A DNA stretch of 64,000 nt from an uncultured delta proteobacterium (GTDB lineage Bacteria; Myxococcota_A; Polyangia; Polyangiales; Polyangiaceae), in contig CAVOKF010000007.1 in assembly GCA_963696385.1 (NCBI GenBank), positions 288,001 to 352,000 of the forward strand, read 5' to 3'. The notes below the pieces were generated by a model that saw only the letters and a list, made by a program, of their open reading frames with translations, was not told the origin of the DNA and searched no databases. Below, piece by piece: positions 1-8,971 of the stretch. The translations under genes were made by a program, and so were the position numbers. Positions within the stretch are counted from its first letter, which is position 1; every line of letters starts with the position of its first letter.

Positions 1-2
1 TC

Positions 3-1115
3 AGCGGCTTTTGCCCGGGCCGAACACCGCCCACCATCACGGCCAACGTGCCCCAAACCGGAGGCCCCGCGATCGACATTCTAGCCTTTGGTGGCCTCAC
101 GATCGCCACGGGCGTCACGTTGACCATCGATTCGGGGGGCAATGCCGTCCTTTTCGCCGTCTACGGCGAAACCCAGATTCACGGCACCATTCACGCCGAC
201 GGGAACGACGGGGTCTCTGGAACGACCACACCCGGGGCCTCGGGAGCGGGCGGAGACTTCAACTGCGGGGGCAGCGCCGGGACAAGCCAGCCAGCGGACG
301 GCGCGTGCAGCGCGGGGGGAGGCGGGGCTGCGAGCGCCAGCGGCGGCGCGGGCGCGGGGGGCGTCGGCGGAAGCCCGGCGCCGGGAGGCGCGGCCAGGCC
401 CGACACGGAAATCTCGCCGCTTTACGGCGGCTGTCCGGGCGGCACGAGCGGAAGCTGGGCCTGCCGAACATCGGGAGGCGGCGGGGGTGGCGCCCTGCAG
501 ATATCGACGTCGGGGCTCCTGTGGTTCGATAGCGTCATCACGGCCAATGGCGGAAGCGGAGGAACCAGCACGTGCTTCGCCCAAGGCTGCGGACTCTTGG
601 GCTACGGGGGCGGAGGGGGCGGGGGCGGCTCCGGGGGCGCGGTTCTGCTCGAAGCGCAAAGTGTCCAGACGATTGGGGCTGCCGTGTACGTCAACGGCGG
701 TTCGGGCGGAAAACCCGACACGGCCGGCGGTGGCGGTACGGCCACGGGCGGCGCAGGGGGCGCCGGAGGGATGCTGCTCTCGACGACCGGGGCACCGGGA
801 ACAGGGTCGAGCGCTCTTCGTTGCGGCCCCTATTCGGCGTGCGGAGGCGGAGGCGGAGGCTCTTACGGTTACTTCACCGTGAGACCCATCGACGCATCGC
901 CTTGTTCGACGTCGCTATCGCCCGCACCGGCTCTCAACGCGAGCAAGACCGCGTGCCAGTGTGTTTCCGACTCGAATTGCGCGAGCGGCTTGTGTGTTGA
1001 CGAGGGTCAGTGCACGGGCTCATGCACCGGCGCCGGCGCGGCCGACATCGCCAATTGCCAGATCCTCACGTCGTTCGCCTGCAGCGGAAACGCAGGCGAC
1101 GCGTGTGGGTTCTGA
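3..1115 (+). CDS. Gly-rich, Cys-rich secreted/surface protein, 5'-truncated by the window edge
   Basis: The frame of ORF 48..1115 is open back to position 3. It has GGGGGGSGGAVLLEA-type Gly repeats and a Cys-rich C-terminus (CQCVSDSNCASGLCV). Confidence 0.75.
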   Translation, partial: SGFCPGRTPPTITANVPQTGGPAIDILAFGGLTIATGVTLTIDSGGNAVLFAVYGETQIHGTIHADGNDGVSGTTTPGASGAGGDFNCGGSAGTSQPADGACSAGGGGAASASGGAGAGGVGGSPAPGGAARPDTEISPLYGGCPGGTSGSWACRTSGGGGGGALQISTSGLLWFDSVITANGGSGGTSTCFAQGCGLLGYGGGGGGGGSGGAVLLEAQSVQTIGAAVYVNGGSGGKPDTAGGGGTATGGAGGAGGMLLSTTGAPGTGSSALRCGPYSACGGGGGGSYGYFTVRPIDASPCSTSLSPAPALNASKTACQCVSDSNCASGLCVDEGQCTGSCTGAGAADIANCQILTSFACSGNAGDACGF

Positions 1116-1229
1116 CGTCGCTGCGCCAGCGTGGGATACGCACCGACGGGTGCGGCGTGGCACCTATCCGGTGGCGGGCCGGCCCGGTAGAGTGGCTTGC
1201 GCGTTCGAATCGATCGATGGTGCACTGTC

Positions 1230-2357
1230 ATGGGTCTTCCGCCGCGGGCCAGGAAACTGAGGTTTCGAGCCTGGCTCGTCCTGCTGCTCGTGGGGTGCGA
1301 GCGCGACGGCGTCGTACTCGGGCTCGTCGACGCCTTTCCGGACGCGGCGACCGCGGGCGAACCGATGGAAGCCTCCGCACTTTCCGACAGCGACGGCGGC
1401 GAGACCAACGACAGTGGCGAGACCAACGACGGCGGCGCCCCCAGCTGCAACGGGGGCACGGCCGGAACGACCGCCTGCGGCGCCGCGGGCGACAACTGCT
1501 GCACGAGCATCGACGTGAGCGCAGGCACGTTCGACCGCGCCTACACGAACGCGGGGAACGGGGCCACCGGGTTGGCGAATCCCGCGACCTTGAGTGAATT
1601 TCGATTGGACAAGTACGACGTGACCGTAGGGCGATTCCGTCTCTTCGTCCGCGCGTGGACGGCGGGATTCACGCCGCCGCCGGCTTCGGGCAAGCACACC
1701 CATCTGAACGACGGAAGGGGTCTCGCCAACGTCGCCGCGGCGGGGATGTTTGAACCGGGATGGGCGGCCGACGACGACGCGAACGTCGCACCGACGACCA
1801 CCAACCTCGGCTGCGATCCGGCCGACGCAACCTGGACCGACGAGCCCGTGGGCAACGAGGATTTGCCCATCACGTGCGCCAACTGGTACGAAGCGTACGC
1901 GTTCTGCATTTGGGACGGCGGCTTTCTCCCGAGCGAGGCCGAATGGGAATATGCGGCCGCCGGGGGAAGCCAGCAGCGCGAATACCCCTGGGGCAGTGCG
2001 GCGCCAGGGACCGCCAGCCAGTACGCCATCTATGGCTGCTATTACCCCAACGGCTCCGGGGCTTGCCAGCCCACGTCCGTCAATATCGCACCCGTGGGAA
2101 CGGCGGCGCTCGGTGCAGGACTCTGGGGCCAACTCGATCTGACCGGCGAGGTCTATCAGTGGACTCTCGACACGTTCGCCGATTACGTGGACCCCTGTAA
2201 GGATTGCGCATCGCTCTCCGCCACACTGCCCGACCGGGTGCGCCGCGGCGGCGCTTTCGGTTACGACGAAACGGCGCTCACGCCGTCGCTCCGGTCCCAC
2301 ATCGCGCCCACGCACCGCGACGGCAACTTTGGCTTTCGCTGCGCCCGGGTGCCCTGA
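1230..2357 (+). CDS. Formylglycine-generating-enzyme (FGE-sulfatase/SUMF1) domain lipoprotein
   Basis: Lipobox LLVGC; motifs FRLDKYDVTVGRF, LPSEAEWEYAA, DLTGEVYQW, GFRCAR. ATG at 1230 chosen within ORF 1197..2357. Confidence 0.9.
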   Translation: MGLPPRARKLRFRAWLVLLLVGCERDGVVLGLVDAFPDAATAGEPMEASALSDSDGGETNDSGETNDGGAPSCNGGTAGTTACGAAGDNCCTSIDVSAGTFDRAYTNAGNGATGLANPATLSEFRLDKYDVTVGRFRLFVRAWTAGFTPPPASGKHTHLNDGRGLANVAAAGMFEPGWAADDDANVAPTTTNLGCDPADATWTDEPVGNEDLPITCANWYEAYAFCIWDGGFLPSEAEWEYAAAGGSQQREYPWGSAAPGTASQYAIYGCYYPNGSGACQPTSVNIAPVGTAALGAGLWGQLDLTGEVYQWTLDTFADYVDPCKDCASLSATLPDRVRRGGAFGYDETALTPSLRSHIAPTHRDGNFGFRCARVP

Positions 2358-2464
2358 TTCGCTCCGCGTTCCGCGTTCCGCCGGCCCGCAACGGTCGCAA
2401 GGTCGGTCCAAGTCGACACGCCGACCCGCGCGATCGCGCCCTTGAGCCAGGCTAACGTACGGTC

Positions 2465-3316
2465 GTGGATCGGTCGCCTGTCGTCGAATCCCTTCGTCCT
2501 GCCGCGGGTCTCGCCTCTCATGCGCTCGGGGTCGGCCTGAGGGCACCCCACTACACCTACGTCTTCGAACAGGAGCCGGTCGTCGATTACTTCGAAATGA
2601 TCAGCGACAATTTTCTTGGCTCTGCGCGCACGCCGCGACGAATGCTCGAGCGCGTGCGCGCGCGCTACCCGGTCGTGCTTCACGGTGTCGGCTTGAACCT
2701 GCTCGGGCACACCCCGCTCGATGAGAAATATCTCGATGCCCTCTGCCGGCTCGCCGACGATGTCGACGCGCCGTTCGTCACGGACCATCTCTGCTGGACG
2801 GGTGCCCAGGGCGTGACTCATCATGACCTGTTGCCGACGCCGTACGCGCGCGATCTCGTCGAATTCGCGGCCGAGCGCGCGTGCCACGTGCAGCGCCGGC
2901 TAGGTCGTCCGTTCGGGCTCGAGAATCTTTCGAGCTACGTCGCGTTCCGGAGCTCCACGCTCACGGAATGGGATTTCTATTCCGCGGTCGTCCGTGAAGC
3001 CGGCTGCTGGTCGTTACTCGACGTGAACAACATTTACGTCTCCAGCCAGAACCACGGATTCGACCCGGACACCTATCTTGCGGCGGTCGACTTTTCACGC
3101 GTGCTCGAGGTCCATGTCGCCGGGCACACGCGCGAGCCGAGCGGGACGTTGGTCGACACGCACGACCATGGCGTCGCGCAGGCCGTCTGGGCTCTCTACT
3201 CGCGCGCTTGGAAGAGGGGCGGCCCGTTTCCCACGCTCATCGAATGGGACGCGCATATTCCGCCCATGACCGAGGTGTTGACCGAACTCGCGAAGGCGAC
3301 GGAGGCGCGACGATGA
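2465..3316 (+). CDS. DUF692 family multinuclear non-heme iron oxidase (MNIO; BufB/ChrH/MbnB-like)
   Basis: GVGLRAPHY N-terminus; metal-ligand motifs VLHGVGL, TDHLCW, GLENLSSY, LLDVNNIYV, EVHVAGH, VDTHD, LIEWD. Confidence 0.93.
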   Translation: MDRSPVVESLRPAAGLASHALGVGLRAPHYTYVFEQEPVVDYFEMISDNFLGSARTPRRMLERVRARYPVVLHGVGLNLLGHTPLDEKYLDALCRLADDVDAPFVTDHLCWTGAQGVTHHDLLPTPYARDLVEFAAERACHVQRRLGRPFGLENLSSYVAFRSSTLTEWDFYSAVVREAGCWSLLDVNNIYVSSQNHGFDPDTYLAAVDFSRVLEVHVAGHTREPSGTLVDTHDHGVAQAVWALYSRAWKRGGPFPTLIEWDAHIPPMTEVLTELAKATEARR

Positions 3317-4173
3317 CGCGTGAGGCCCCACGCTGGCTTGCCGATTTTCAAGCCCGCTTTGGTGACGTCATTCGCACACCCCTGGACCGGACGGGCGGAA
3401 CGCTCGCCGCGACGACGGCGGCCTACGACCCGGGTATCGTGGTCGATACTCTCGATAGCCCGACGGGCACGGGGGCCGATCGACTTGCGGTGTACAATCG
3501 CCAGTACTGGTTTCGGCTCTTCGACGTCGTTCAGCGCGCATTCCCGTTGACGTCGCGCCTGGTGGGTTATTGGGTATTCAACGACTACGTGGCGCGCTAC
3601 CTTCGCGTGCGGCTGCCGCGCGGCTGGGAACTCGATTGCGTGGCCGACGGGTTCGCCGCGTTTGTCGAGGACACGTTCGAGTGCGAAGACCCGGCCAAGC
3701 GGTGTGCGTGGGTCGAAGCCGCTTGCATCGACGACGCGTGGCGCACCGTCTTTCGGGCCCCCGAGATCCCGCCGTTTCGCCCGTCGGCCACTCACGCAAG
3801 CCGGCTGCTCGACGCCCGCCTCGTGCCCTCTCCGGCATGGAGGATCGTCCGGGAGCATCGTCCCCTTCTGGAGCTTCGCAAACGGCTCCTCCATGATTCG
3901 AGCCAAGATTGCGTCGAGGTGCCCCCGCTTTTGCCACGTGCACGTTGGTGGGCGCTCGTTCGTAGGGACCAGGGCATCTTGCACATTTCGCTCGAGCCTC
4001 GCGAAGCCGAGCTCTTGGTGCTCCTCGGCGAGACATCCGTCCGTGATGCCCTCGCACGAGTCGAGCGTGAGTGCGCACCCGAAGAGCGCGCACTTCTGCC
4101 CGCCCAGGCGCGCGGCTGGCTCGCGCGGAGCGTAGAGCTCGACTTCTGGAGCGGAGTCCGCGGCGACGGCTGA
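3313..4173 (+). CDS. DUF2063 family MNIO partner protein (BufC/HvfC-like)
   Basis: ATGA overlap with the DUF692 stop; motif DRLAVYNRQYWFRL..V...FP....LVG typical of DUF692 partners. Confidence 0.85.
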   Translation: MTREAPRWLADFQARFGDVIRTPLDRTGGTLAATTAAYDPGIVVDTLDSPTGTGADRLAVYNRQYWFRLFDVVQRAFPLTSRLVGYWVFNDYVARYLRVRLPRGWELDCVADGFAAFVEDTFECEDPAKRCAWVEAACIDDAWRTVFRAPEIPPFRPSATHASRLLDARLVPSPAWRIVREHRPLLELRKRLLHDSSQDCVEVPPLLPRARWWALVRRDQGILHISLEPREAELLVLLGETSVRDALARVERECAPEERALLPAQARGWLARSVELDFWSGVRGDG

Positions 4174-4178
4174 CCCGC

Positions 4179-4589
4179 TCAGTCGCAGACGACGCAGCTA
4201 TACCCGGCGCAGGTGTTGGTCGCTCGACACGTGTGCTCGCTAAGCGTCTGGGTTTCGAGATCGTACGACATCCCACGGCACGAATTGGACCCGCCGCAGT
4301 GCGGTTGTATCTCCAGGATGCCGCTCACCGCATCGCACTGCGCCATAAACTCGCTTTCCGTCATGTTCGCTACGATCGTCGCCGACGTAACGCTCGGATC
4401 CGGCGACACTCCTGCGTCGCAAGCGATCGCCGGAATCGGCGTGTCGCCGTTCACGCTCGAAGCACCGGAATCGGAGCCTGCGCTGTTCGCGCTGCACCGA
4501 GAAGTCGCGACGCACAGAAGGCCACCGAGCGCCGCCGAAAGCAGCGCATGACTCGCCGGATGGTCAGTTTCGTCGGGCCACCAAGACAT
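4179..4589 (-). CDS. Cys-rich secreted protein, candidate MNIO precursor/substrate
   Basis: 136 aa with 10 Cys; hydrophobic leader ALLSAALGGLLC; two C-x3-N-x-C-x-G motifs (CGGSNSCRG, CRATNTCAG); its stop lies 5 bp from the DUF2063 stop. Confidence 0.75.
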   Translation of the reverse strand: MSWWPDETDHPASHALLSAALGGLLCVATSRCSANSAGSDSGASSVNGDTPIPAIACDAGVSPDPSVTSATIVANMTESEFMAQCDAVSGILEIQPHCGGSNSCRGMSYDLETQTLSEHTCRATNTCAGYSCVVCD

Positions 4590-4874
4590 GCTTTGGCCAC
4601 CATCCTAGACTCGCCGTATCCACAAATCCATCCTGAGCGCGTTTCGGCGGACACTGCGGGAAACGGCTGGCACCGGCCGCCGACGGGCCCCGGCCGGTGG
4701 CCAAGGCCACGCGCATGACGGACGTCATTTCCCGGCCCCACGCCGTCAGCCGCGCGAGCCATTCCGTTCGTCGGGACATCGCTGGGAGGGGGCCGCCCGG
4801 ACCGCCGGTATGCGGCGCAACCGCAAGCGCCTCCACGGCTCATGGCCAACCGGATCGTCTTCGGTAGACTGGCT

Positions 4875-6338
4875 TCACCGAAAATCTTGGAAACGTTTGA
4901 TATCTAAAATAATCGCGAATTGAATCAGCCAAACCACGGCCAGTGCGATGCGACCGCGAGACGGAAACAGCCGCTGCAGCGTCAGGCTCGCGACCAAACA
5001 AGCGGGCTGGGCCAGGAAAAGCCAGAGGCGCGCCGTCTCGGCTTTCGTGCGCCCGAACCATGCCAGCAACGCAATGGTCGTTGCCAGGGCTATGGCTACC
5101 ATCAGTGCGGTGGGTCGGCGCGAGCGGACCCGATCCTCAAGTCCCAGCACGGCGCCCACCATCAAGAGGACGGCCAGCGGTGCACCGATCCAGATTGCGA
5201 ATTCGAGGACATTCACCCATGCAAAATGCTGGATTTCATCGATTGTTCCCGTCCATCCTTTCCAGGCGACGTGGGCGCGAATCGCTACGTCGTATCGATG
5301 CCGGACATCGTAACCGAACATCGTGCTTGCCGCGGCCCAGCTCGTCCCCACTCCGACCGCTGCCGCGGCGCACATCCGAAGCGACGAAACGAAGATCGAA
5401 CGGCTGCGCATGGGGCGAGCGACAGCGCCCAAGATGATGCACGCGACGACCAGAGGCGTAGCCGCGATCAGACCGAACGAACAGAACGCCGCCAAGTAAC
5501 CGAGAATGCCGGAGAGGAACCCCATTCGAAGGTCGTCCCGCAGCGCGGCCCATGCCCCACAGGCCATGGCCGCGTTCACGAGCAAGGGGAAGAGAACCTG
5601 GTCGGTGTGCATGGTAATCAGTAGGAACGACGGAACCGCGGTCGATAGCGCACATGCCCAGATCGCACGTTCGACATCGGCGATGGCGCGGCCGAGGATG
5701 AACAGCGGGACAAGCGATAGCATCGAGAAGCCCGGCCAGGTGAACGTAGCGAATGTGGCAAACCACTCCAATCGTTCGTCCGGATCGGAAAATGGCAAAA
5801 GCGATCGACCGATGCGCTCTGTCAGCACGTAAAAGAGAAGCGTGCCCGGTGGCTTCGTGCGTTCGAACGGGCCCAATTGCCCACTCGATACGAGAGCCTC
5901 ATAGCGGTGCAGCACGTCGTGCATCGTCACACCGGACGCGGCGGTCCGTGCGAACTCCGAGTGCCCAGCGTGGAGTACGCGATCCCGGATCGCCAACAGT
6001 CCGCGACCTTCGATCAGCGCGAAACCGACGAGCATCCCGAGACCTGCTGCGGCCAGGACGCCGACGCGCCACCAAGGATCCGCCCGGTTGCGCACGACGG
6101 CCGCGAGCACGGCGAGCGCGGACAACGCGAGGACGCACCAGGCGCTCATGGGCCCGATAGGGCGTGCGATCGGTAAGTAAAACCAGCCCTCGATACTCTG
6201 AAACCAAGGCGCGCGTAGCGAGAGCATAAAGGCCTCGCAGGCCCCGGCGCCGCAAATGCCAAAGGCCACAGCCGCGGGACCTGCACGGGTCAACGATGAG
6301 TGCGACACGCCGAGAGGGTACGGCAAAAGCCAGTCCAT
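4875..6338 (-). CDS. Polytopic membrane protein, GT-C (PMT/ArnT-like) glycosyltransferase-like
   Basis: Many TM segments; TKPPGTLLFY loop and ETARLWLF motif resemble GT-C-like proteins. Start uncertain (ORF extends to 6464). Confidence 0.6.
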   Translation of the reverse strand: MDWLLPYPLGVSHSSLTRAGPAAVAFGICGAGACEAFMLSLRAPWFQSIEGWFYLPIARPIGPMSAWCVLALSALAVLAAVVRNRADPWWRVGVLAAAGLGMLVGFALIEGRGLLAIRDRVLHAGHSEFARTAASGVTMHDVLHRYEALVSSGQLGPFERTKPPGTLLFYVLTERIGRSLLPFSDPDERLEWFATFATFTWPGFSMLSLVPLFILGRAIADVERAIWACALSTAVPSFLLITMHTDQVLFPLLVNAAMACGAWAALRDDLRMGFLSGILGYLAAFCSFGLIAATPLVVACIILGAVARPMRSRSIFVSSLRMCAAAAVGVGTSWAAASTMFGYDVRHRYDVAIRAHVAWKGWTGTIDEIQHFAWVNVLEFAIWIGAPLAVLLMVGAVLGLEDRVRSRRPTALMVAIALATTIALLAWFGRTKAETARLWLFLAQPACLVASLTLQRLFPSRGRIALAVVWLIQFAIILDIKRFQDFR

Positions 6339-6510
6339 GCGAGTTGGACGCAGGCCATGACCGTGGGCGCAGCCCTTCGTGGAAAGGGAACGAGCCCACT
6401 CGGCTACCGTGTCGCACGCTACCTGCACGCTCGGCTCCATTTCGGAGTCATGCACGCTCGGCACGTGGCGGAGTCGATCCCGCGGGTGATCCGCGGACGG
6501 CGCGCGTGGA

Positions 6511-8286
6511 TCAAGGATCGGGCGATTCGCTACGCCAACGGATCGAGCGCACGATCATGCCGAGCAACCGGTTATCCGGTTTGCCCTCCAAGACAGCGGG
6601 GCTTGCGGCGTCCGGGTGTTGCAGGCAGAGGACGTTCGCCTCTCGCATCACGCCGTCCGGCACGACGAATCGGTAGACGTCGAACGCCCGCTTTCGAATC
6701 GACAGATGGGCAATCTCCCGATCGTTCATCGATACGATCAGCCTCTGCTCCGGCAATTTTCCAGGGTAGAGATACGCGCCCAGATCCATCTCGAGGATGC
6801 CCGATCGGACTTGCGGCACTCGGAAACGGACCACGGAATCGCCCCGTCCCTTGGCCCAACGAAAGTCCCGCTCTCCGTCCGCCCACCCGGCCCCGAGATA
6901 CGGGTCGGCTTGCGCCGTTCCGAGAGCAAGCCCGTCGGCGGGCATCGGCGGGAATGGCCCCTCGGGCTTCAGGAATGCCGCAGCAAACTGAGGGTGCCGC
7001 CAGCTCCACAGGCGCTCGGGAGCGAGGTCGACGTTGTTGGGGGTCACATTCCAATTGTTGGCGTCCCACGAGAACGCGCCGATGCCGTTCATGACGATGC
7101 TCGCGACGCACAGCAGGGCGGCCACGGCGTCGAGGGCGACATCGGCGGGGCGTCTCCCTCGAAACAGGCTGCGGCGCGAAGCGTCGACGGCGAGGACGCC
7201 CAGAAGCAGAAACCAAGGCACCAGACTGGTCGTCAGGCGTGCCCCGTAGGAATGACCCCCCCACCAATGCCCGAACCCCGCGAGCATGAAAATGTGGCCA
7301 CCGATGACAAATGCGGCCAGTGCGGCCAGGGCACGAAAGCGGACGTGACGCCAGCAACGGATGAGGGTGAGCCCGATCGCGACAACGGCCGGCACGTAAA
7401 CGAACAAGCCGCGGCTAGGGCTGATGAGATTCCCGATCAGAGCTCCGCGCGGACCGGGAAAATGCAAGCGGCCGGTGGCAAAATAAGCTGGAACAAGCGT
7501 GTGGAAATGAGACCAAGAATAATAGAAAAATACCGACAACCAGAAGCCAAGAACGGCCACGTACGTCCAAATGGACTTCCGATCGATGCGAACGAGGTAG
7601 AGAATCGTGCCGACGAGGACGAGCGAGTTGGTCGGCCGCACCAGGTACGCGAGCGACTGCAGCGTCGCCAAAAGCGGCACGTGAAGAGACGTCGACTTCA
7701 CCCGAGAGCGCAAAAGCAGCAAGACGGCCAGGCCGACGAGCACGATGCCCCACGTATCGGACCACATCGAACGGGAGGCCGTGCTGAAGACCTGAGTGCC
7801 AAAGGTCGACACGCACGCGGCCACGAGGCTCCAGCCGGCGGGCAAAAGCAGCCGACTGGTGGCATACGCGAGCGCGGCGAATGCGGCCATGAGAAGCCCG
7901 GCCAACTTCCGATCCAAATCGAGCTCGCTCGCCGAATCGTACGATCCGTCCGGCGCAACGACGGACACCCCGCGAAAGTGCATCGCCGCGACAAACGGAA
8001 CGGAGAGCACCGAGCTGGCCGGCGGAAAGAAGTAATAGTCATGTCCGTTGGCATGTTCGATTCGGTAGTCGTGTTCGGGCAGCCCGTAGCGGTCCAGGGC
8101 GAAATCCCCGTGGCGAATCAAATTTTCCGCCAGAAGCATCGTGTAGCGCGAGTCCCCTGCCTGCTGGACGGGGGCGCAACGAAGCACGGAGAGGGTCAGA
8201 GCAAAAATCAGGGCCGCAAAAAAAACGTCTCGGCGCAGGGGCCCATTTCGGTTCACCGTGGGGCTCGAGTCCGTGGAGATCGCCAT
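6511..8286 (-). CDS. Polytopic membrane protein, GT-C-like, with soluble C-terminal beta domain
   Basis: GDSRYTML acidic first loop, YYFFP, LISPSRGLFVYVP, WWGGHSYGARL; C-terminal GAGWADGERDFRW...DNRLLGM domain. Confidence 0.65.
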   Translation of the reverse strand: MAISTDSSPTVNRNGPLRRDVFFAALIFALTLSVLRCAPVQQAGDSRYTMLLAENLIRHGDFALDRYGLPEHDYRIEHANGHDYYFFPPASSVLSVPFVAAMHFRGVSVVAPDGSYDSASELDLDRKLAGLLMAAFAALAYATSRLLLPAGWSLVAACVSTFGTQVFSTASRSMWSDTWGIVLVGLAVLLLLRSRVKSTSLHVPLLATLQSLAYLVRPTNSLVLVGTILYLVRIDRKSIWTYVAVLGFWLSVFFYYSWSHFHTLVPAYFATGRLHFPGPRGALIGNLISPSRGLFVYVPAVVAIGLTLIRCWRHVRFRALAALAAFVIGGHIFMLAGFGHWWGGHSYGARLTTSLVPWFLLLGVLAVDASRRSLFRGRRPADVALDAVAALLCVASIVMNGIGAFSWDANNWNVTPNNVDLAPERLWSWRHPQFAAAFLKPEGPFPPMPADGLALGTAQADPYLGAGWADGERDFRWAKGRGDSVVRFRVPQVRSGILEMDLGAYLYPGKLPEQRLIVSMNDREIAHLSIRKRAFDVYRFVVPDGVMREANVLCLQHPDAASPAVLEGKPDNRLLGMIVRSIRWRSESPDP

Positions 8287-8472
8287 GGGACGGCGCCTAC
8301 GATCGTCCTCGGAGACGGCGAAAGCAAACCGAGTGGAGACACGGGCGCTGTACGCCGGCACCCTCCGTAAATAATGGAACGGGACTTGGCGCGCCGATGG
8401 ACGTTTCGTCGATACGGAAGAGCGCGATGACGCAGAGCGCGACGACAGGTCCGTAACTCACGGACGGCGCTT

Positions 8473-8961
8473 TTAGTGACGGATGTGTGGATGGGCGCCC
8501 GTGTGACGCTCGACTTCGACGGCCCACCGCGTTCCCGGGTACTCGTTCACCATCACCTCCGCTGCCCCGCGCGCCTCGGACAGCTTTCCCTCGCGCGCAA
8601 GCGACTTGATTTCGATCATGGCGCGTTCGGCCGAATCGGGACTCTTGGGAAATCGCCGGTCGCCATCGCGCGCCAAATCGAGCGCCTGCGCGGGATCGGA
8701 ATCCTCCATCGCTCGCAAGCGCTGCATGAGCGACGCTTCGCTGGAAGGCGGCGCTGCCGGAGGCGCGGGGGCCAGCGACCCCGTCGGGGTCGACCCCCAG
8801 GCGGAAACGATCGGCGCCGGCTCACTCTCCTCCGCTGCCGACGCGGGTTGGGCCTCGGCGATCGGAGCAGGGGGCGCACGCGGCAGGCGCCGCAAAAAAA
8901 ACAGGAGACCGAGCATCAACCCACAAGCCAGGACGATGCGGGTCACCGCCTTCTTCGGCAC
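8473..8961 (-). CDS. Single-TM protein with Pro-rich linker and TPR-like helical C-terminal domain
   Basis: N-terminal TM, then SDPAQALDLARDGDRRFP..AERAMIEIKSLAREGK..EAR..YP. Starts 10 bp after the GH5 stop. Confidence 0.7.
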   Translation of the reverse strand: MPKKAVTRIVLACGLMLGLLFFLRRLPRAPPAPIAEAQPASAAEESEPAPIVSAWGSTPTGSLAPAPPAAPPSSEASLMQRLRAMEDSDPAQALDLARDGDRRFPKSPDSAERAMIEIKSLAREGKLSEARGAAEVMVNEYPGTRWAVEVERHTGAHPHIRH

Positions 8962-8971
8962 GCCTCATCCC

